A stretch of 64,000 nt of DNA from Phoronis australis. Its lineage: Eukaryota > Animalia > Phoronida. Positions 24,101 to 38,090 of the stretch are shown here, in pieces. Location: the NCBI GenBank assembly GCA_002633005.1, contig NMRA01000074.1, positions 361,275-425,274 on the forward strand, read 5' to 3'. The notes below the pieces were generated by a model. It had not been told where the DNA came from. It ran no database searches and saw only the letters and a list, made by a program, of their open reading frames with translations. Both the position numbers and the translations under genes were made by a program. Position 1 is the stretch's first letter. Every line of letters starts with the position of its first letter.

Positions 24101-26133
24101 GGAAATTCCCAGTATAGAAAACGGCAGTAGTGATTATTGCAGGTAGAAAGACGGTAGGTGTTGAGGTCGACACTAGGGCTCCTTAGGAGGCCTATGACTG
24201 AACATCGCACGAGTCCCGCAAAACTTTGTTGTGAAAATACAGCCTCCCCGCAATTTCTGGTACTGTACACTGTTCGCGAATGCGGTCACTTTGTCAATGT
24301 GAGTGCCCCCTGGGTCATTCCTTGTATAGACATAACTTGTTAGAGTGCATCTTCAAACAGACTCGCGACCAGACCACGGCGTTCGCCACAATAGCAATTC
24401 TTCAGGAAACGAGTTTTTTTTTCAAAAGTATTTCATGTACATGTACACTGTATGATATTGCACAAGACAACTTTACTATGCGCCAGTTCGAGTTACAAAC
24501 GTGTGGGGTGTAATAGGATGATGACACGGCATGACAGATGAGGTAAAAACGTTGCACGTCAATTCGCCTGAATATCAAGGGTTGCGGCACCAAAGTATTT
24601 CTCCTAGTCAAATCAAAACACATCTTAGAGTAAAGAAAGTAGTTACCTAAAGAAATCAGCTATAGAGCTGCTCTTTCAGCGGTGGATCCATCTAAAATGC
24701 TTGGCTACTTCAGAAGTGTCGACGCCGGGAAGCGCGCGCACAATTGATCTCCGGGGTTTTGCCAATGAGCCACCAAGACTCGAAATGCGTTGATTTTCAC
24801 AGCAATTCACAGTGCAAAAACATATTTTCAGAGTGAACAACCCTCCCCCCTAATTTTTTTTCAAGTTGGTTTACTTGGGGTTTACACACGCTGGCAGTGC
24901 CTTTTTTGTTTTGCTGGAGACGTTTTTTTTAAATTTTTGGGTCCTCAGTGGCCCGAGGGGGGTTAAACCCCCNAACCCCCCCCCCCCCGTAAATCCGCCA
25001 TTGCGTGTCGGGCGGCGCTTTTCTGATCGGACAGCCTATCCATCAAATCATTGCTTTCATTCGTTCAAATTAGTTTTCAGAACTGATGATCTCACTTGTG
25101 CAACTGAGGTTGTCTGGCTCGTCAAAGCAACGGCGTACATACACTGTATGGTTTGGTCCAAAATCACTCAAAGAACATAAGTTTTACATATATGTAAATA
25201 ACGCGCGTCCTGTGTATGGTGTAAACGTAGGCCATTCCGCTAATTTATTTTCTACGTTCAGTTTTGTCGTCTAGAATGCATCAGACATTTTCCTTATGGG
25301 ATCTGTACTAAGATATCCCCTAAGCCATGGCAATTAATAAAACGTTACCGTTGTTTCAGTTCGCCGTTCCCCACCTTTTCGGTGAACGTGACTCTAAGTC
25401 ATCAGTGGTGGACCTAGGATATCACAAGGGGGCCCAACTTTTTGTCCAGCTGTAAGCATTTGCGCACAGCACCAAATGGGGGAAGGTCGGGAGGGAGGTT
25501 TGCCCCCATCCTGCCCGCCCAGGAAAAATTTCTGTTTTTTCCTCTAAAAGTCAAGCATTTTCCTTTATTCCTGAAGCATTATCCAAGAAAAAAAAATGAA
25601 AAAAGACACAGAGAACGTGTCAAACAGGAAAAACTGCAAATAACTTTCGTTTAGCACTGTGATAGAGTGTAATAACTGTAGTGTATATGGGTTTCTCTTG
25701 GTACCCGAGGATTATCATTGTTTCATTTATTGTTTTTCGCGGGCCTTGGGCCGAGTCTCCGGATTTTATACATATATGTATGTGATGTAGGCCTATATTG
25801 GTTTATTTTTCATGCGATACTTGGTGTAACTCCCAGGTCAAGGTGTTTCCCCGCGTGCCTTGTTTATTGAGCGTATGCACAACGTACATGTGACATTTCG
25901 AATGCTTTGCATTTGCATATCGATAGGCCTGTTGTTTTCATTCTCTTTTCACTAAGCCGTGTTCTATTACTGTTGCTATAGGTACATGATTACAGGCTCT
26001 GCTTGCAGCGGGCTGATCTGTATTGACTTTATTTGCATATGAACAACATTGCTGTATGTACATGTATAGTTTCTTGTGTGAGTGTGTGCGTGATTGTTCC
26101 AGGGGGAGCACATTTTCTCTAAGTATATTGATC

Positions 26134-27790
26134 ATGGCTAGCGTACGTTTGTTTTTAATGAACTGCAGGGGCCTTCAAAGTCTTTCCAAGCGCAGAGATG
26201 TTTTTAATTTTTTACATAATAAACAATTTTCTATATATTGTTTACAGGACACGCACTTTGTACCAACCGATGAACCTGTTGTAAAAGCACACACATTGAT
26301 TGATATTTACGGTCCCAATAATGACAATCCAATTTTTTATAAGGAGATTCAGCGCCACCTAGATAATTCTGATGGAACGCCTGTTGCTTTATGTGGGGAC
26401 TGGAACCTCGTCCAGACTTTTGAATTGGATTGCGTCATTAATAATCTAAACGCCAGACGCGAGGTTCTCGACATGAGAACAAAACACAATCTTATTGACC
26501 CCTGGCGTGTTGCCAATCCTTTTCTGAAGTCTTTCACGTGGAGGAAAACTAACCCTATGAAAAAAGCTAGGCTTGATTTTTTTTCTAATTTCGGAAGAGA
26601 TCCACGGGATGATATAGAGTCTACAGGGATAATTCCAGGGTATCGAAGTGATCATCATGCCATTACTATTGAAATTAAAATTACGGCCGAGGTCTATGGC
26701 GTTTTAACAATTCTTTATTAAAAGACTCTGACTTTGTTAATCGTTTTAAACAAGTTATAGACGAGAGTATTGTGGAGTATGCCGCTATACCCTATGACAG
26801 GCAAAATGTTCTACATATTCCCAAGCTGATCTGTGTCTAACCATTGATGATTCTATATTCTTCGAAATGTTGCTATTGAGGATCAGATCCGAAACTAAAT
26901 TGTATTCTAAAAAGAAACAATCTGAAACACGGAAAAAAGTAAAGTTTCTTGAAAATCAAATATCTTATCTTATCGACCTTAAGCTTCTGCAATATGTTTT
27001 TAGATGGTACAACAGAATCCTTAAAATACTCGCTTGATCTCCTGTACCAATTTCACAAATTCTCTGGTCTGAGACCAAATGTAGAAAAAACTCATTGTAT
27101 TTGGATAGGTCGAATGAGAGGAAGTGAATTGCGCTTGTGTCTAGAATTAAATTTATCTTGGCAAAAACAAAAATTTTCAATTCTGGTAGTCACATTTAGC
27201 ACAAATTTATCAGAAATTCCAGACTTAAAATACAATGTCAAAATACAAGAGATTTACCGAGATTTGACTTGTTGGTCCAGGAGATCGCTCACTACGCTAG
27301 GAAAAATAACCGTAGTTAAATCGTTTGTTTTGCCTAAATTAACGCACCTCCTGTTGTCATTACCTTCTCCATCAGACAAAGTTGTTGACTCTTTGAAAAA
27401 CGTTTTTTTTTCTAAATTTATTCGACAAAACAAAAATGACAGGATAGCTAGAAATATTATGATCCAAGATTTTTCCAACGGAGGCTGTAAAATGGTCCAT
27501 TTAAAAAGTTATATTAAGTTGTTAAAATTTACATGGTTCGTGAGAGTTGTGATGGCCAATCAATCTTCCTGGAAATTGATTGTTATGAAAAACCGCTTTT
27601 TAGGTGGAAAAAAACTTCTTCATGTTGGGGCCAAGTTTTATAGTCAATGCCCGGGAATGTTTAAGAATGTCTTTTGGAAAGAAGAATATAAATCGGTAAA
27701 TAAAACAACAAGAATGGATCAACTGAAATTTGAAATTTTCGGATGTAATAACTTCCTTTGTCAACAAAAACAGAAATAAAATAAAATCAA
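26134..27790 (+). mobile_element. Degenerate L1/Tx1-clade non-LTR retrotransposon ORF2 remnant
   Basis: APE endonuclease motifs: NCRGL, CLQDTH, IYGPN, GDWN, DPWRVANP..FTW, RLDFF, SDH. RT C-terminal and thumb motifs: FHKFSGLRPNVEKT, WSRRSLTTLGKITVVKSFVLPKL, GGCKMVH. Frameshifts and large internal deletions remove most of the RT core. Confidence 0.88.
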
Positions 27791-28359
27791 ACACAAAATG
27801 AAACAATAGTATCCTTGGGAGGATCTGGATCGCCTTATTTAGTTTCAGATATATTTTCTACGTTTTGGAAAGAAGTATTTGAATTTGATCGTTTAATCCG
27901 GCAGTGCGAGGCAAAATTCTCCGAACTTGAAGCTTCCGGCGTATCTAGTGCTTATGGCCACCGTCTCCTCGATGGGTCCAGACTGATGCCGGGTGTATAC
28001 TGACTCGGCAACAGGTCTAGTTGTGAACTCGAAACAAACAAAAAAGAACGTTAGTAAACGATTAAAATTGCGCGAATAACTATTTTTGTTTACTAATATA
28101 TAGCTTGTCCGGTGCAAATATGTTTCAGCATGTGAAGATGTGCCAAGACTGAAACTTCTTAGTCCTAGCAATGCCTGAATGCCGGTTCGCCGACAAATTT
28201 GCAATATAGGCATAGTCAGGGTCTCATAAAATCGGTCTCGTAGTATACTTTACCGTGAGAGCTTTCTATTACTGTTACTAACGAGGACATGAAAGCCATC
28301 AAGGATTCAGAGAACACTTCAGAGTTTATAGGGGTTTGCCAACCCTAATATTGTGAATT

Positions 28360-28432
28360 CGGAAGTGACGCATAATGCCCGGCACGGTGCAGCACGCATT
28401 TGTGACTTGCCTTTGGTCGGAATCGTAATATG
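28360..28432 (+). promoter_or_regulatory. Probable KLHL18 promoter (ETS-CRE composite CGGAAGTGACGCA) and candidate 5' UTR exon ending at a GTAAGG donor (28433)
   Basis: Motif at 28360-28372, ~470 bp upstream of the KLHL18 ATG. Strong donor at 28433 and a candidate acceptor AG at 28816-28817. Confidence 0.45.
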
Positions 28433-28832
28433 GTAAGGAATATTTATTTCACAAATTTTACGACTAAAAGTCATAATTCGATTTTAATTTTTAGCCATCT
28501 AAAATGACGAAATGTATTGTCATTCAGTCCACGCGGCGACAGGCCAGCGAAAACTCTAGTTGATGAATATATAGGCTGAGCGCTTGGCCACACGATGACT
28601 GTGAGGCAGAGAGAGTAGAGTAGATGAGGGCCAAGCCCTCGGACAGCTTCGCAAAATCGGTGGAGCTCGCCTTCTGTCCTTGCTGTTGTTGATGTGGACG
28701 TGGATCGAGCGGTAGGACCTGGTAGGCTGCTGGTGGTGGTGGCGTTCTTCTTGACACGAGAGACAACTCACGGTTTGATATTTTTTAAAAAGAGTAGTTC
28801 CTATTTTCGACAAATAGTGCCGCTAAAACATC

Positions 28833-31800
28833 ATGGCGGAAAAAGAAGCGTTCACGATTTTCACAAATACCCAGTTACCAGGGAATGCTTTTCCGTTGAT
28901 GGAAGACATTCGAAGACAAGGAAAGCTGTGTGATGTCACACTCAAGGTTTATTGAGTAGCAATCTAAAATTGGTTTCATTTCGTAAATTCTTGCTGTTTT
29001 ACTGGATCCAGTACTGTTGTGGAAACTTGTCTTCATTCTAACGTAATTGAGTTGTCAACAAAATCTGGGCTGGGATCATGACTCGCTCACCTGCTCACTC
29101 CAGATGAAATCGTTATCAACCAACTCGTTATGGGCATCACTTATTAAAAACCACGTTTGTCAGTTATTCATCAAGCAGCAAAAGTACTCAAAAAGTCCAC
29201 ATCACTTGGTTTATAGCCAACTCATTAAAAATTATCACCAAAATGATGTCACAGAAAATGCCACACTTCTTCATGGCAGACCTGCCATAATTTTTCTGAC
29301 TTGTGTGTTTTTGTAGTTTGTTAGTTGTATGTTAATGAATTCCTTTACTTAACTCCAATTCTTAATAGTCTTTCATTGTGTAGCATTATTTCATGTATCT
29401 GCAATGGTGAGCTGCATGTGTCAGGTGGTGCAGATAAGACAGTTATACTTAAATCTTATGCTGACAATTCATTGAGTTGCAGAGACTCAAAGTTAAACAT
29501 CTCAAACACAAAAAATATCATCTGAGCATGCACTGTATATAGTCACTGATCGTCTGCACACTATAGTCAAGTCAGCGCTAACATTTACGCAGGGTGCAGA
29601 ACAGTGTGGAATTATTACTCCGTAATCTTGTAAAATTATTCATCAAGTCTCATTTTGATAACCAGTTTTCTCCACTGAATAATAGGAATCAAACTGGTTC
29701 TCAAAGAGCTGTCAAATTTTATTGTATTTCAGGTTGGTAGTAGTCGGTTCGCCGCTCACCGCTTAGTGCTGGCTTCAACTGTACCATACTTCTACGCCAT
29801 GTTCACTCACGACATGGTGGAGTCTAAACAGGAAGAGATCAGCATGCAGGGTATTGAGTCAAAGTAGGTTATGGTATAGTTATAATTCTTCAATTATTTC
29901 GCAAAAAATAGTCTAATTTGTCATTTTTCAAATGGTGATATTCTTGCTGTAATGAAAACGTATCGAGTGCTGTTTTATCCACCGCCGTGGCGCAGGTCAA
30001 CGAGATAATTAACTTTTTTCCTATTTTTTATTTCTCTTGAAAATGTTGACATTGTATGTGAAATTTATACAGTCTTGTGTCGGTGGTAATATGTGAAGAA
30101 GTCACATTGTGAACACAATTGTGAATAAGATGTGTTATAGAGTGTGAGGGTAGACTCAAGATGTTAACCTTATTCCGTCGAAGAAACAAACTTTTGATAA
30201 AACTGGTGCCAGCCTGTTGCCTACTTAAATGAAATGTGGTTTCTGGGCTTGGAATTTGGAAAGAATGGTCAGTTCTTTATTGGTCAGTACTGTTCTCGGC
30301 ACATAAGATTAGCCGCATCTTCTTGTTCACACAAAGAGCATTGTGATGGTCCGGTCAGACTGAGTGGAGAGTTTTTGTACAAGTAGCTTGTGCTTGCAGT
30401 TTCGTGTTAGTTGTTATGAGTGTCAGCCATGTTTTTCGAGTCCAGTACCATGTTTGGCAGTCTGTGAGCTGTGTTGGTGAACTGAGTTCATCAAACCTGT
30501 GAGCTATGTTTATAAATGAAATAGCTATTGTTATGATTGCGGCAGCTGTGTTGTTCGGGTATCCTGTCGAGAGGTTTATAGGATATCCGTCCTCCGCACC
30601 ATCTGGCCACTGGAAATATGTAGTTTTCAAAGTTATTTAAAGAATTCCAATCACAGATGTTTTCTCTTTTCGTCGAAGTTATGGCAGAATCTGAGGAGAC
30701 CACTGGCAGATGAAAAAATAGCCCAAAACAATTTTTGCTCTGAAATATTAGTGATTTTCTACTAGCAGAAGTTTTATCATATTTTTTGAAAATTTACTGA
30801 AATTGTATGATCTGTTATGAAGGAACCCAATCTTCCAGTATCCATTTCATATGCAGTGTCTCCCTTTGTCTGTAAAGTCAATTTGTAGTGACCATTTGCT
30901 TAACTGTTCAACTTCCTTTTCAGTGCCTTGTCAGCCCTCATAAACTACGCCTACAGTGGACGTGTACAGATTGACAGTTCAAATGTCCAGTCCATTCTGC
31001 ATGGAGCTAGTTTTCTACAACTACAGGAAGTGAAAGAGGCTTGTGCCAACTTTCTGAAGAGCCGGTAGGAGCTTTTTGAATTATAGTGTTGATATGGAGA
31101 GTGGTGCAAAGTCTTGTTATATCGCTACATAAGCCCAAAAGTCTGTTTATTTAGTAATAGCTTTATTGTGCAAACTGTTGTAAAAACAGAGCAAACAGTG
31201 ATGTTTTTGTTTATTTTTGTTAGAAATATTTTTTCCAAATAAAATTTCCTCCCATTTTGTAGGATCTACATTTTCATGACGGAGAATTCTTATGTTTCAA
31301 TATAGGTTAATTTCTTAATTTCCATTCATGAGGGTGACAAATGCATAAGCAGGTTGTTTTGTTGAACAAGACAGGACATGAGATGAACAGTAAGCTCAAT
31401 TTGATCATTGGTAACATGAAAATAGTATTGGAAACATGTTGTTAATTAGCAGTCAGTGTGCTTAGTCAATTACCATTTGTATGTTGGTTGAGATCCTTTT
31501 GCCTAAGTTCTTCTTTCATTTGTAGACTACACCCGACCAACTGTATTGGAATCCGAGGCTTATCTGAGCAGCTAATGTGTCCAAAATTGACTGAGGCCTG
31601 CAACAGATTCATCCAGAAGTACTTCACCGAAGTTTCCAAGACTGACGAGTTTCTGGCCCTGGAGAAGGACGATGTACTGGATATTGTCTGTAGAGATGAG
31701 CTTTACGTGAACTCGGAGGAGCAGGTAGTGAAATTCACTAGGCGGCACTAGTAACTCAATGGTCAGTCTGTGGAACTGCTAACGTTTAGGTCACGTGTTG

Positions 31801-34800
31801 CACTTATTTCTACATTATTGGGTTGGTAGGTTAGCATGATGAATATCCCACATCCTCTCCCACAGCTAGGAGTACTGAGATTGATCACATTGTCGTGATG
31901 TGAATTCTTTATAGTGAATGTCCTGAGTTCCGTTTGACATGTGGTCTACCTTTGCTATCTACCTGACACCTATGTGCCAGTTTTGTGACTATTAGTCACA
32001 AAACAGAAGAGCTTTAACATCAATTACTGTTCACTGCATTCACTGTGCCATCGTAAAACAAATAGATCCCAATTGACTGGTCCCCAAAATTAGGGCATGG
32101 ACGTTCAAACAAAGGTGGGCATTAACTGGGATAAATACAACACAATATCATGTTTGCTTTCTTTGGACAGTTACGCACAATTGCAAATGTATCCAATAAG
32201 AAAATGTCACTGCTTCATCCAGTATGTTATCTAGGGGCTTGATTATGGCTGTGTTGTTTCACTGCAGCAATTTTGTGTAACTCCAGAGGTTTGATAACAT
32301 AAGGTGATTCTCACGAACTGTAAAATTCTTGTGTCTATTCATGAGATTGCATTGTTGGCCAGGTTTTCCAAGCAGTTCTGTCGTGGATCAAGCACACAAG
32401 TGATACACGTTGCCAGCACCTAGCTGATCTCATGGTACATGTCCGTCTGCCTCTCTTGACACCTCACTTCCTGTCTGATAACGTGGCCCAAGAAGAGCTT
32501 GTGAAGACCTGTTTACGATGTCGGTGAGTAAAGAAACTCTTATTTATTGAGCACATAAATAGCAGGGATCAGTAGTTTTCCCTTAAAATTACTTTAAAAA
32601 TTCTCCATATTAGGCAGTTATTTTTCCTCAAGGTCGGAGCTTAAATCAAAATTTTAGAAACATTGAATTTTGGCCATCTCAAAAAATTAGATCAACGTTT
32701 TACAATCAATCACTTTGACGTTTAGCAGTACGGCGAGTCATGAAAACATTGCATCAGCAACTATTTTCAACGATTTTACAAATTGCCACGCCAATTTTCA
32801 TACTCTGTTGGCACACAAAATGCAGTGTTCCATATTTGAGAAATCTGATGATGGGAAATACGATGAACATGAAAATGACCAGCTCGTTCATCAGTCAACA
32901 TGGGGCAGAATTATGACATCTGTTGTATGCAGTGGCAGTTCTAAAGTTTTGTCATTAGGGGTCTCACGCCGGCGGCGCTCTTTTGGTTTTTTGGTGATAA
33001 GCGCATGTTTTGGTCTTGTCCCTTGGGGTCACCGTGGTAGTTAAACCCCGTGAACAACCCACCCCCTACAGCTGGTTTGCATATTATATCCTTGTTATCG
33101 TATGTGCTAGGCTATGCATATTTTAACTCATGACAGTTTGCTGCTATCCCTTGAGTGTAGTGAGCTGTGACTAGCTTGATACTAATAAATCTTGGCCTGT
33201 CTATTCACAGCCAGTCTTTTGTTGGAACTGGCTTTGTCATCTGGATGGTAGTTTTCTGGCTAATAGATTTGCTGGATGTGGTCAGGCCTTGCTTGATCCT
33301 GTGAATTGCACGACACTTGGCTGTTGTGCTTACCCGCAATGCTCCAATAGATGTCGTAGCATTTTTACAGCCTTGCTTTGGTGCCATTGGAGTTTCTCAC
33401 ATTATTGGTTGGTGTCTTGATTTTTATATCAAGTTTCCTTATCTGCATCATTCAGCATTCTAATGCCGGTGAAATTTCACTGTAGTAGTGCTGTGGGCTT
33501 CAGCTCTGATGACAGAAAGTTGGATTAAGTTAATAAGTATTGGTGGATGCATGATGTTTTCTGACAGGATCCTCCGAATCAGTGCAATGTTTCGAAAACG
33601 AGGCCAATGATTCAATGCATTTTTCCTATCTCTGGAACAAAGGAGAGTTCCTTGCGACACTTTCGTATTACTTAAACTGAAATTCTCTACATCAATGGTC
33701 AGTTAATATGAAGTGTGCAAAATGACCTCTTTGTCTTCAGTGATCTGCTGGATGAAGCTAAGGATTATCATCTCATGCCGGAGAGACGGGCGCAGTTGCG
33801 TACCTTCAAGACACGTCCTCGCTGCTGCACTGACATCATTGGAGTGATATATGCTGTGGGTGGCCTCACCTCTTCAGGTACGTACAAGTACTTAGTTGAA
33901 ACAAAATTTAACCATGCTTCAAAGGGTTACTATTGAAGTCACTGCTAACGTGATAATTGATCTGCTACAAAAAACTATTTTAGATGAGTGTTCATGGTAT
34001 TGTTTGCTATTGTCGCTCGCAGTTCTTATAGTTATCTATCGGAACGGTCGGGTTCCTACTACGGATGTTCACTGGTGAGGTGTGTGGCTTTATCATGTTG
34101 GATTCGCAAGTATAAGTAGAAATGCAGTCACATCGCATTGCCAAACATTTGCAGGTTTTGGGTATTGTTCCCATTCAAGTATACATGGGGGTATTTTGTC
34201 ACTGGAAACTTAAACAAAATTATATATGACTGTTTCGATTAAATATTGTTCGTCTGCAATGTATGTACCCATTGTGTGCTCCAGGGGAGTATAGGAAGAT
34301 TGACCAGGTCCGTAGTCCAGTAATAATTTCCAAAGGGATTTTGTAAATTCAAAGTGCCACCCAAAATGTGGCCTAATTATTCTTATTATTTTAAATTTGT
34401 CACCTTAATTTTACTTGACTGGGTCCAAATTGTCAAAATGACATCATACTAAACAAGCCTATAGTCACAAGATGCTAAGATTGAAATCTCATGTTTTCTT
34501 GCAGGTGATTCTATAAGTACAGTGGAGTACTTCAACTCCCAGGCATGCAAATGGCAGTTGGGTGCTCCAATGAGTACCTTACGAAGCAGAGTGGGCGTGG
34601 CTGTATTGAATGGTACGATTTTTTTCTTGTTTTGACACCATTTTGATTAAATGTTGGGACTGGCAGTTGAAGTTTGGCAATAATGCTTGTGCACTTGTGA
34701 TGCTGATCGTTTTACTTTAGGTTCATATTATTCGTAGACAAATTTTGTTGAGCACCCGACAACGTTCATAAGAATTTGTATTCTTGTAACCCTGTGTCAT

Positions 34801-37800
34801 TTTATTTCTGTCTGATGATGCAACAAGAACAGTTTTGAAGTAAAGCTGTAATTTTAATCATTTGTTTTCTTATGTTTTTTGGCCTGTTGCCTGTATTGTT
34901 TTGTTGCGAACGACAGTCAAAGGTACATAGAGCTCAAGCAAATATCGTTGAAAGGTATAGATTGTGAACATTGTGTGTTTTCAACAAATTTGGTCTCTTT
35001 TTAGGTTTTAAGTAAATGTTTTTAAAGTTTGTTAGTGCTGAAATTGAAATACTGGAGTGCTGAGTTTCCTGTCATGTAATGTTTTTAGTAGCTTTCAAAA
35101 TGGTCACATGTAGGTATAAGCTATGGACCAAATAAGGACCTACTGTTACAATAGATTGATGTAAGGGCACTTAACATTCCAACTGTTGAACTGCATTATA
35201 ATGTACCCTGATTTATTTGCTAGTAGTATCCTATTCCAAATATGTGGCTATAAAGTCACATTCTGTCCAAGAACTTAACTTTAGATTAAGACCATATGAT
35301 ACCGCTATAAAATTAGTCTCGATTTGTTTAATTTCTCAGATGAGAAGGGATTCCTGAGTTTAGAAAGACCACGCTTGGTGCATAAAATGACACGCCATGA
35401 CAAGCCAACTTATAGTGCCTGATCTTAAGCAATAACAATGACATGTCATGACAAGCCAACTTGTAGTGCCCTTTATCAACCAATAACAAAGTCTCATTTG
35501 TTTCGAAGCCCTGAAGTCATCTCCAATTTGACTAAGTAGCAATTTGAGTCAATTTCATAACCACGGTAAGTGGTGGAAATCAGAAGTTCTTTTCTGTGAT
35601 GGAAGCCAGGTTTAGAGTAGCTCCAAATTACATTGGTACCTCAGTAAAATATGTTTTACGTGCTAGGCAAGCTGTATGCCATTGGAGGTTATGACGGCCA
35701 CGATAGGCTCAGTACGGTGGAGGTGTACGACATGGAAAACAAGAAGTGGGATGTTGTGTCACCTATGACGTGTAAACGAAGGTAAAGTGAATGATCTCAA
35801 TAACCATTAAGAAGTATGCTGAAATTTGCCCAACTATGGAACATCATATCTCACAAATGACTGACTGAATGATATGAAACTTTCAGATAGTATGCTCTTG
35901 TGCACTGTTGTTTGTAACTTTGTCAGCAATTGTTTTCAAGTTAATCCTTTTTAGCATGAGGGTCCTTATCAACGAGTCTGTACATTTAGTAAATTATGTA
36001 CAAAACTATAGAATTTAATTTGGCAATTAAAAGAAGGTTGCATTCGTAACAAACCAATAAGATCAATAATATGACGTAATTTTTATATGAAAGAAATTAA
36101 TATTCAAAATGAAATCTCAAAAACGCTATCAGATAGTTTTCGCTTTATTTTATTCAACTTGAATTTTTGTGTAAAAATTAATATAACTCCTCCAAAAATT
36201 GCAATTTTGTCATCAGGTGAGTTTGTAGCTGGTTAAACTATTCTTAGATGAATATTAGTTATTTTTTCTCAGCAATTTTGATTTCAGTTTGTCATAACCT
36301 GTAATGATGGTTCTCCCTCACTTTGCAGTGCACTAGGGGCTACCAGTCTCGACGGTAAAGTCTATGTGTGTGGCGGCTATGACGGCGTCACCTCTCTTAG
36401 TTCCGTCGAATGTTATTACCCCGATGACGACTTGTAAGTATATTTTCTTCCATTTTATAGTCAGTTGAAACGTGATGGGTGACCACACAGTTTAGCTTTC
36501 ATCAAAACAGAAGGGTGAGCATTCAAATTTCTGAAATTTTTCTATTTTAAAATTATATTTGGCAGTGTGCCATGTTTAAAAAGCTCTGAGTTATGTTTGA
36601 AAAGCCCCGAGCAATGTTTGAAAAGCTCTGAGCCATGTTTGAAAAGTTCTGAGCCATGTTTGAAAAGTGATTTTTTCTGCTTCTAAGAACCCTGATTGAG
36701 CAGTGTCCGTCTGTAGTGAGGATAACTTGCAGACAGGCAGCTCACATCCTGAGGGGGTGTAGGACTACTTTATCACTATTGTTGGGTTATGTAACTTCCA
36801 GATATGATAAATCCAATATTAGATTCATCACATTTCAACTGATAATCATTCTCACTGTGGAATAGGAAGTTAAGGTATTAACTCATTCTTTGCACAGTGA
36901 TTTAACAATTCTTAAGAATTAAGTGATCTAATTGAAGTAATTATTATTTTTATTATAATATTGTAAATAAGTTATTATATATCAATATTATATTATTATT
37001 ATTATTGTTGTTGTTGTTATTCTGTTAAAGGCAAAAACAGGGTTTAATGTTTGAAATGACTTTCAAAGGAAATGCATACTTTATTATCTTTGATGTCAGT
37101 TCCTTCAAGTTGACAGAATGGTTTCTGGTTTTTGCCACTAGGTGGATAATGGTGTCTAACATGACAAAGCACCGCAGTGCCGCTGGTGTGACAGTGTTTG
37201 ACGGACAGATATATGCACTGGGAGGACATGATGGGCTGTCTATATTTGACTCTGTGAGTTGGCTGAAGTCATGTGTCGTGTCTTATCTAACAACTTTGCT
37301 CTGAACATTGTCTCTGTCTGTGGAAATTACAGAAAAATGTGATCAAGTCACGTGCAATGGTAGTGAAGCCTGGCATACCTAAAGGAACAAATGTACAAAC
37401 TAGAAGAACTGCATTGGAACTTTGTCTGAATTAAACAAAAATATGACTTGTGCATATCTGACTTATGTGAGTTTGCTCTACTAGTCTTTTCCATTCCCCC
37501 CAGTCTTAAGTCATCTGTATTGTAATAAATTGATTTGGTTTTAGCAGACTTTGGTTTCAATGAAAGTTTTAGAAAAGTCGCCAGAGGTTTGTTTTAACAT
37601 GAGTTTGATTTATAGACTTGTTTAAAATCATGAGCTATAGCAGGAAGTGTCGTCTGGATAATCTTCATTCTTCATTTTGTTGCAGGTTGAATGTTACAAC
37701 AATTCTAATGGAAGCTGGACACAGGTGACTCCTATGTTGACCAAAAGGTGTCGCCTTGGCGTGGCAGCTCTCAATGGCCGCCTCTATGCTGCGGGTGGTT

Positions 37801-38090
37801 ATGATGGATCTCAATTCCTGAAAACTGTTGAATGTTACGATCCTGTCACGAATCAGTGGAGCTACGTGTCGCCAATGAGTGTCAAACGGAGCCGTGTAGC
37901 TTTAGTGGTGAATTGTGGGAAATTGTTTGCCATTGGAGGTTACGATGGACTAGCTAATCTGAATTCTGTTGAGGTGTACTGTCCGGAGATGAATAGTTGG
38001 TCTTTCGTGTCAGAAATGTGCGCTCATGAAGGAGGGGTTGGTGTAGGAGTCATTCCTATTGTACCGTCGCTTGAAACATCTGCTGTCTAG
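28833..38090 (+). CDS. KLHL18: Kelch-like protein 18 (BTB-BACK-Kelch CUL3 adaptor), ~575 aa; exons 28833-28946, 29733-29863, 30924-31064, 31526-31724, 32363-32523, 33741-33877, 34505-34612, 35667-35781, 36329-36433, 37142-37253, 37686-38090
   Basis: All introns are GT-AG with consistent phase (1728 nt). Diagnostic strings [48 protein letters not shown] and HEGGVGVG match recalled human KLHL18. Confidence 0.95.
36572..36667. repeat. 21-bp minisatellite, ~4.5 copies (atgtttgaaaagctctgagcc)
   Basis: Direct tandem copies with few substitutions in KLHL18 intron 9. Confidence 0.85.

Noticed and set aside
23641-24623. Cluster of overlapping 60-128 aa ORFs
   Set aside because: No motif recognised in any frame and no coherent splice pattern; probably decayed repeat or intergenic DNA.
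25700-28000. Sequence-specific target site for the Tx1-like LINE
   Set aside because: No snRNA, tRNA or rRNA fragment and no TSD recognisable at the flanks; the element ends are too eroded.
34160-34300. Degraded SINE-like segment (similar hints near 4880-4970)
   Set aside because: Only vague resemblance to SINE core domains, with no clear Pol III A/B boxes.
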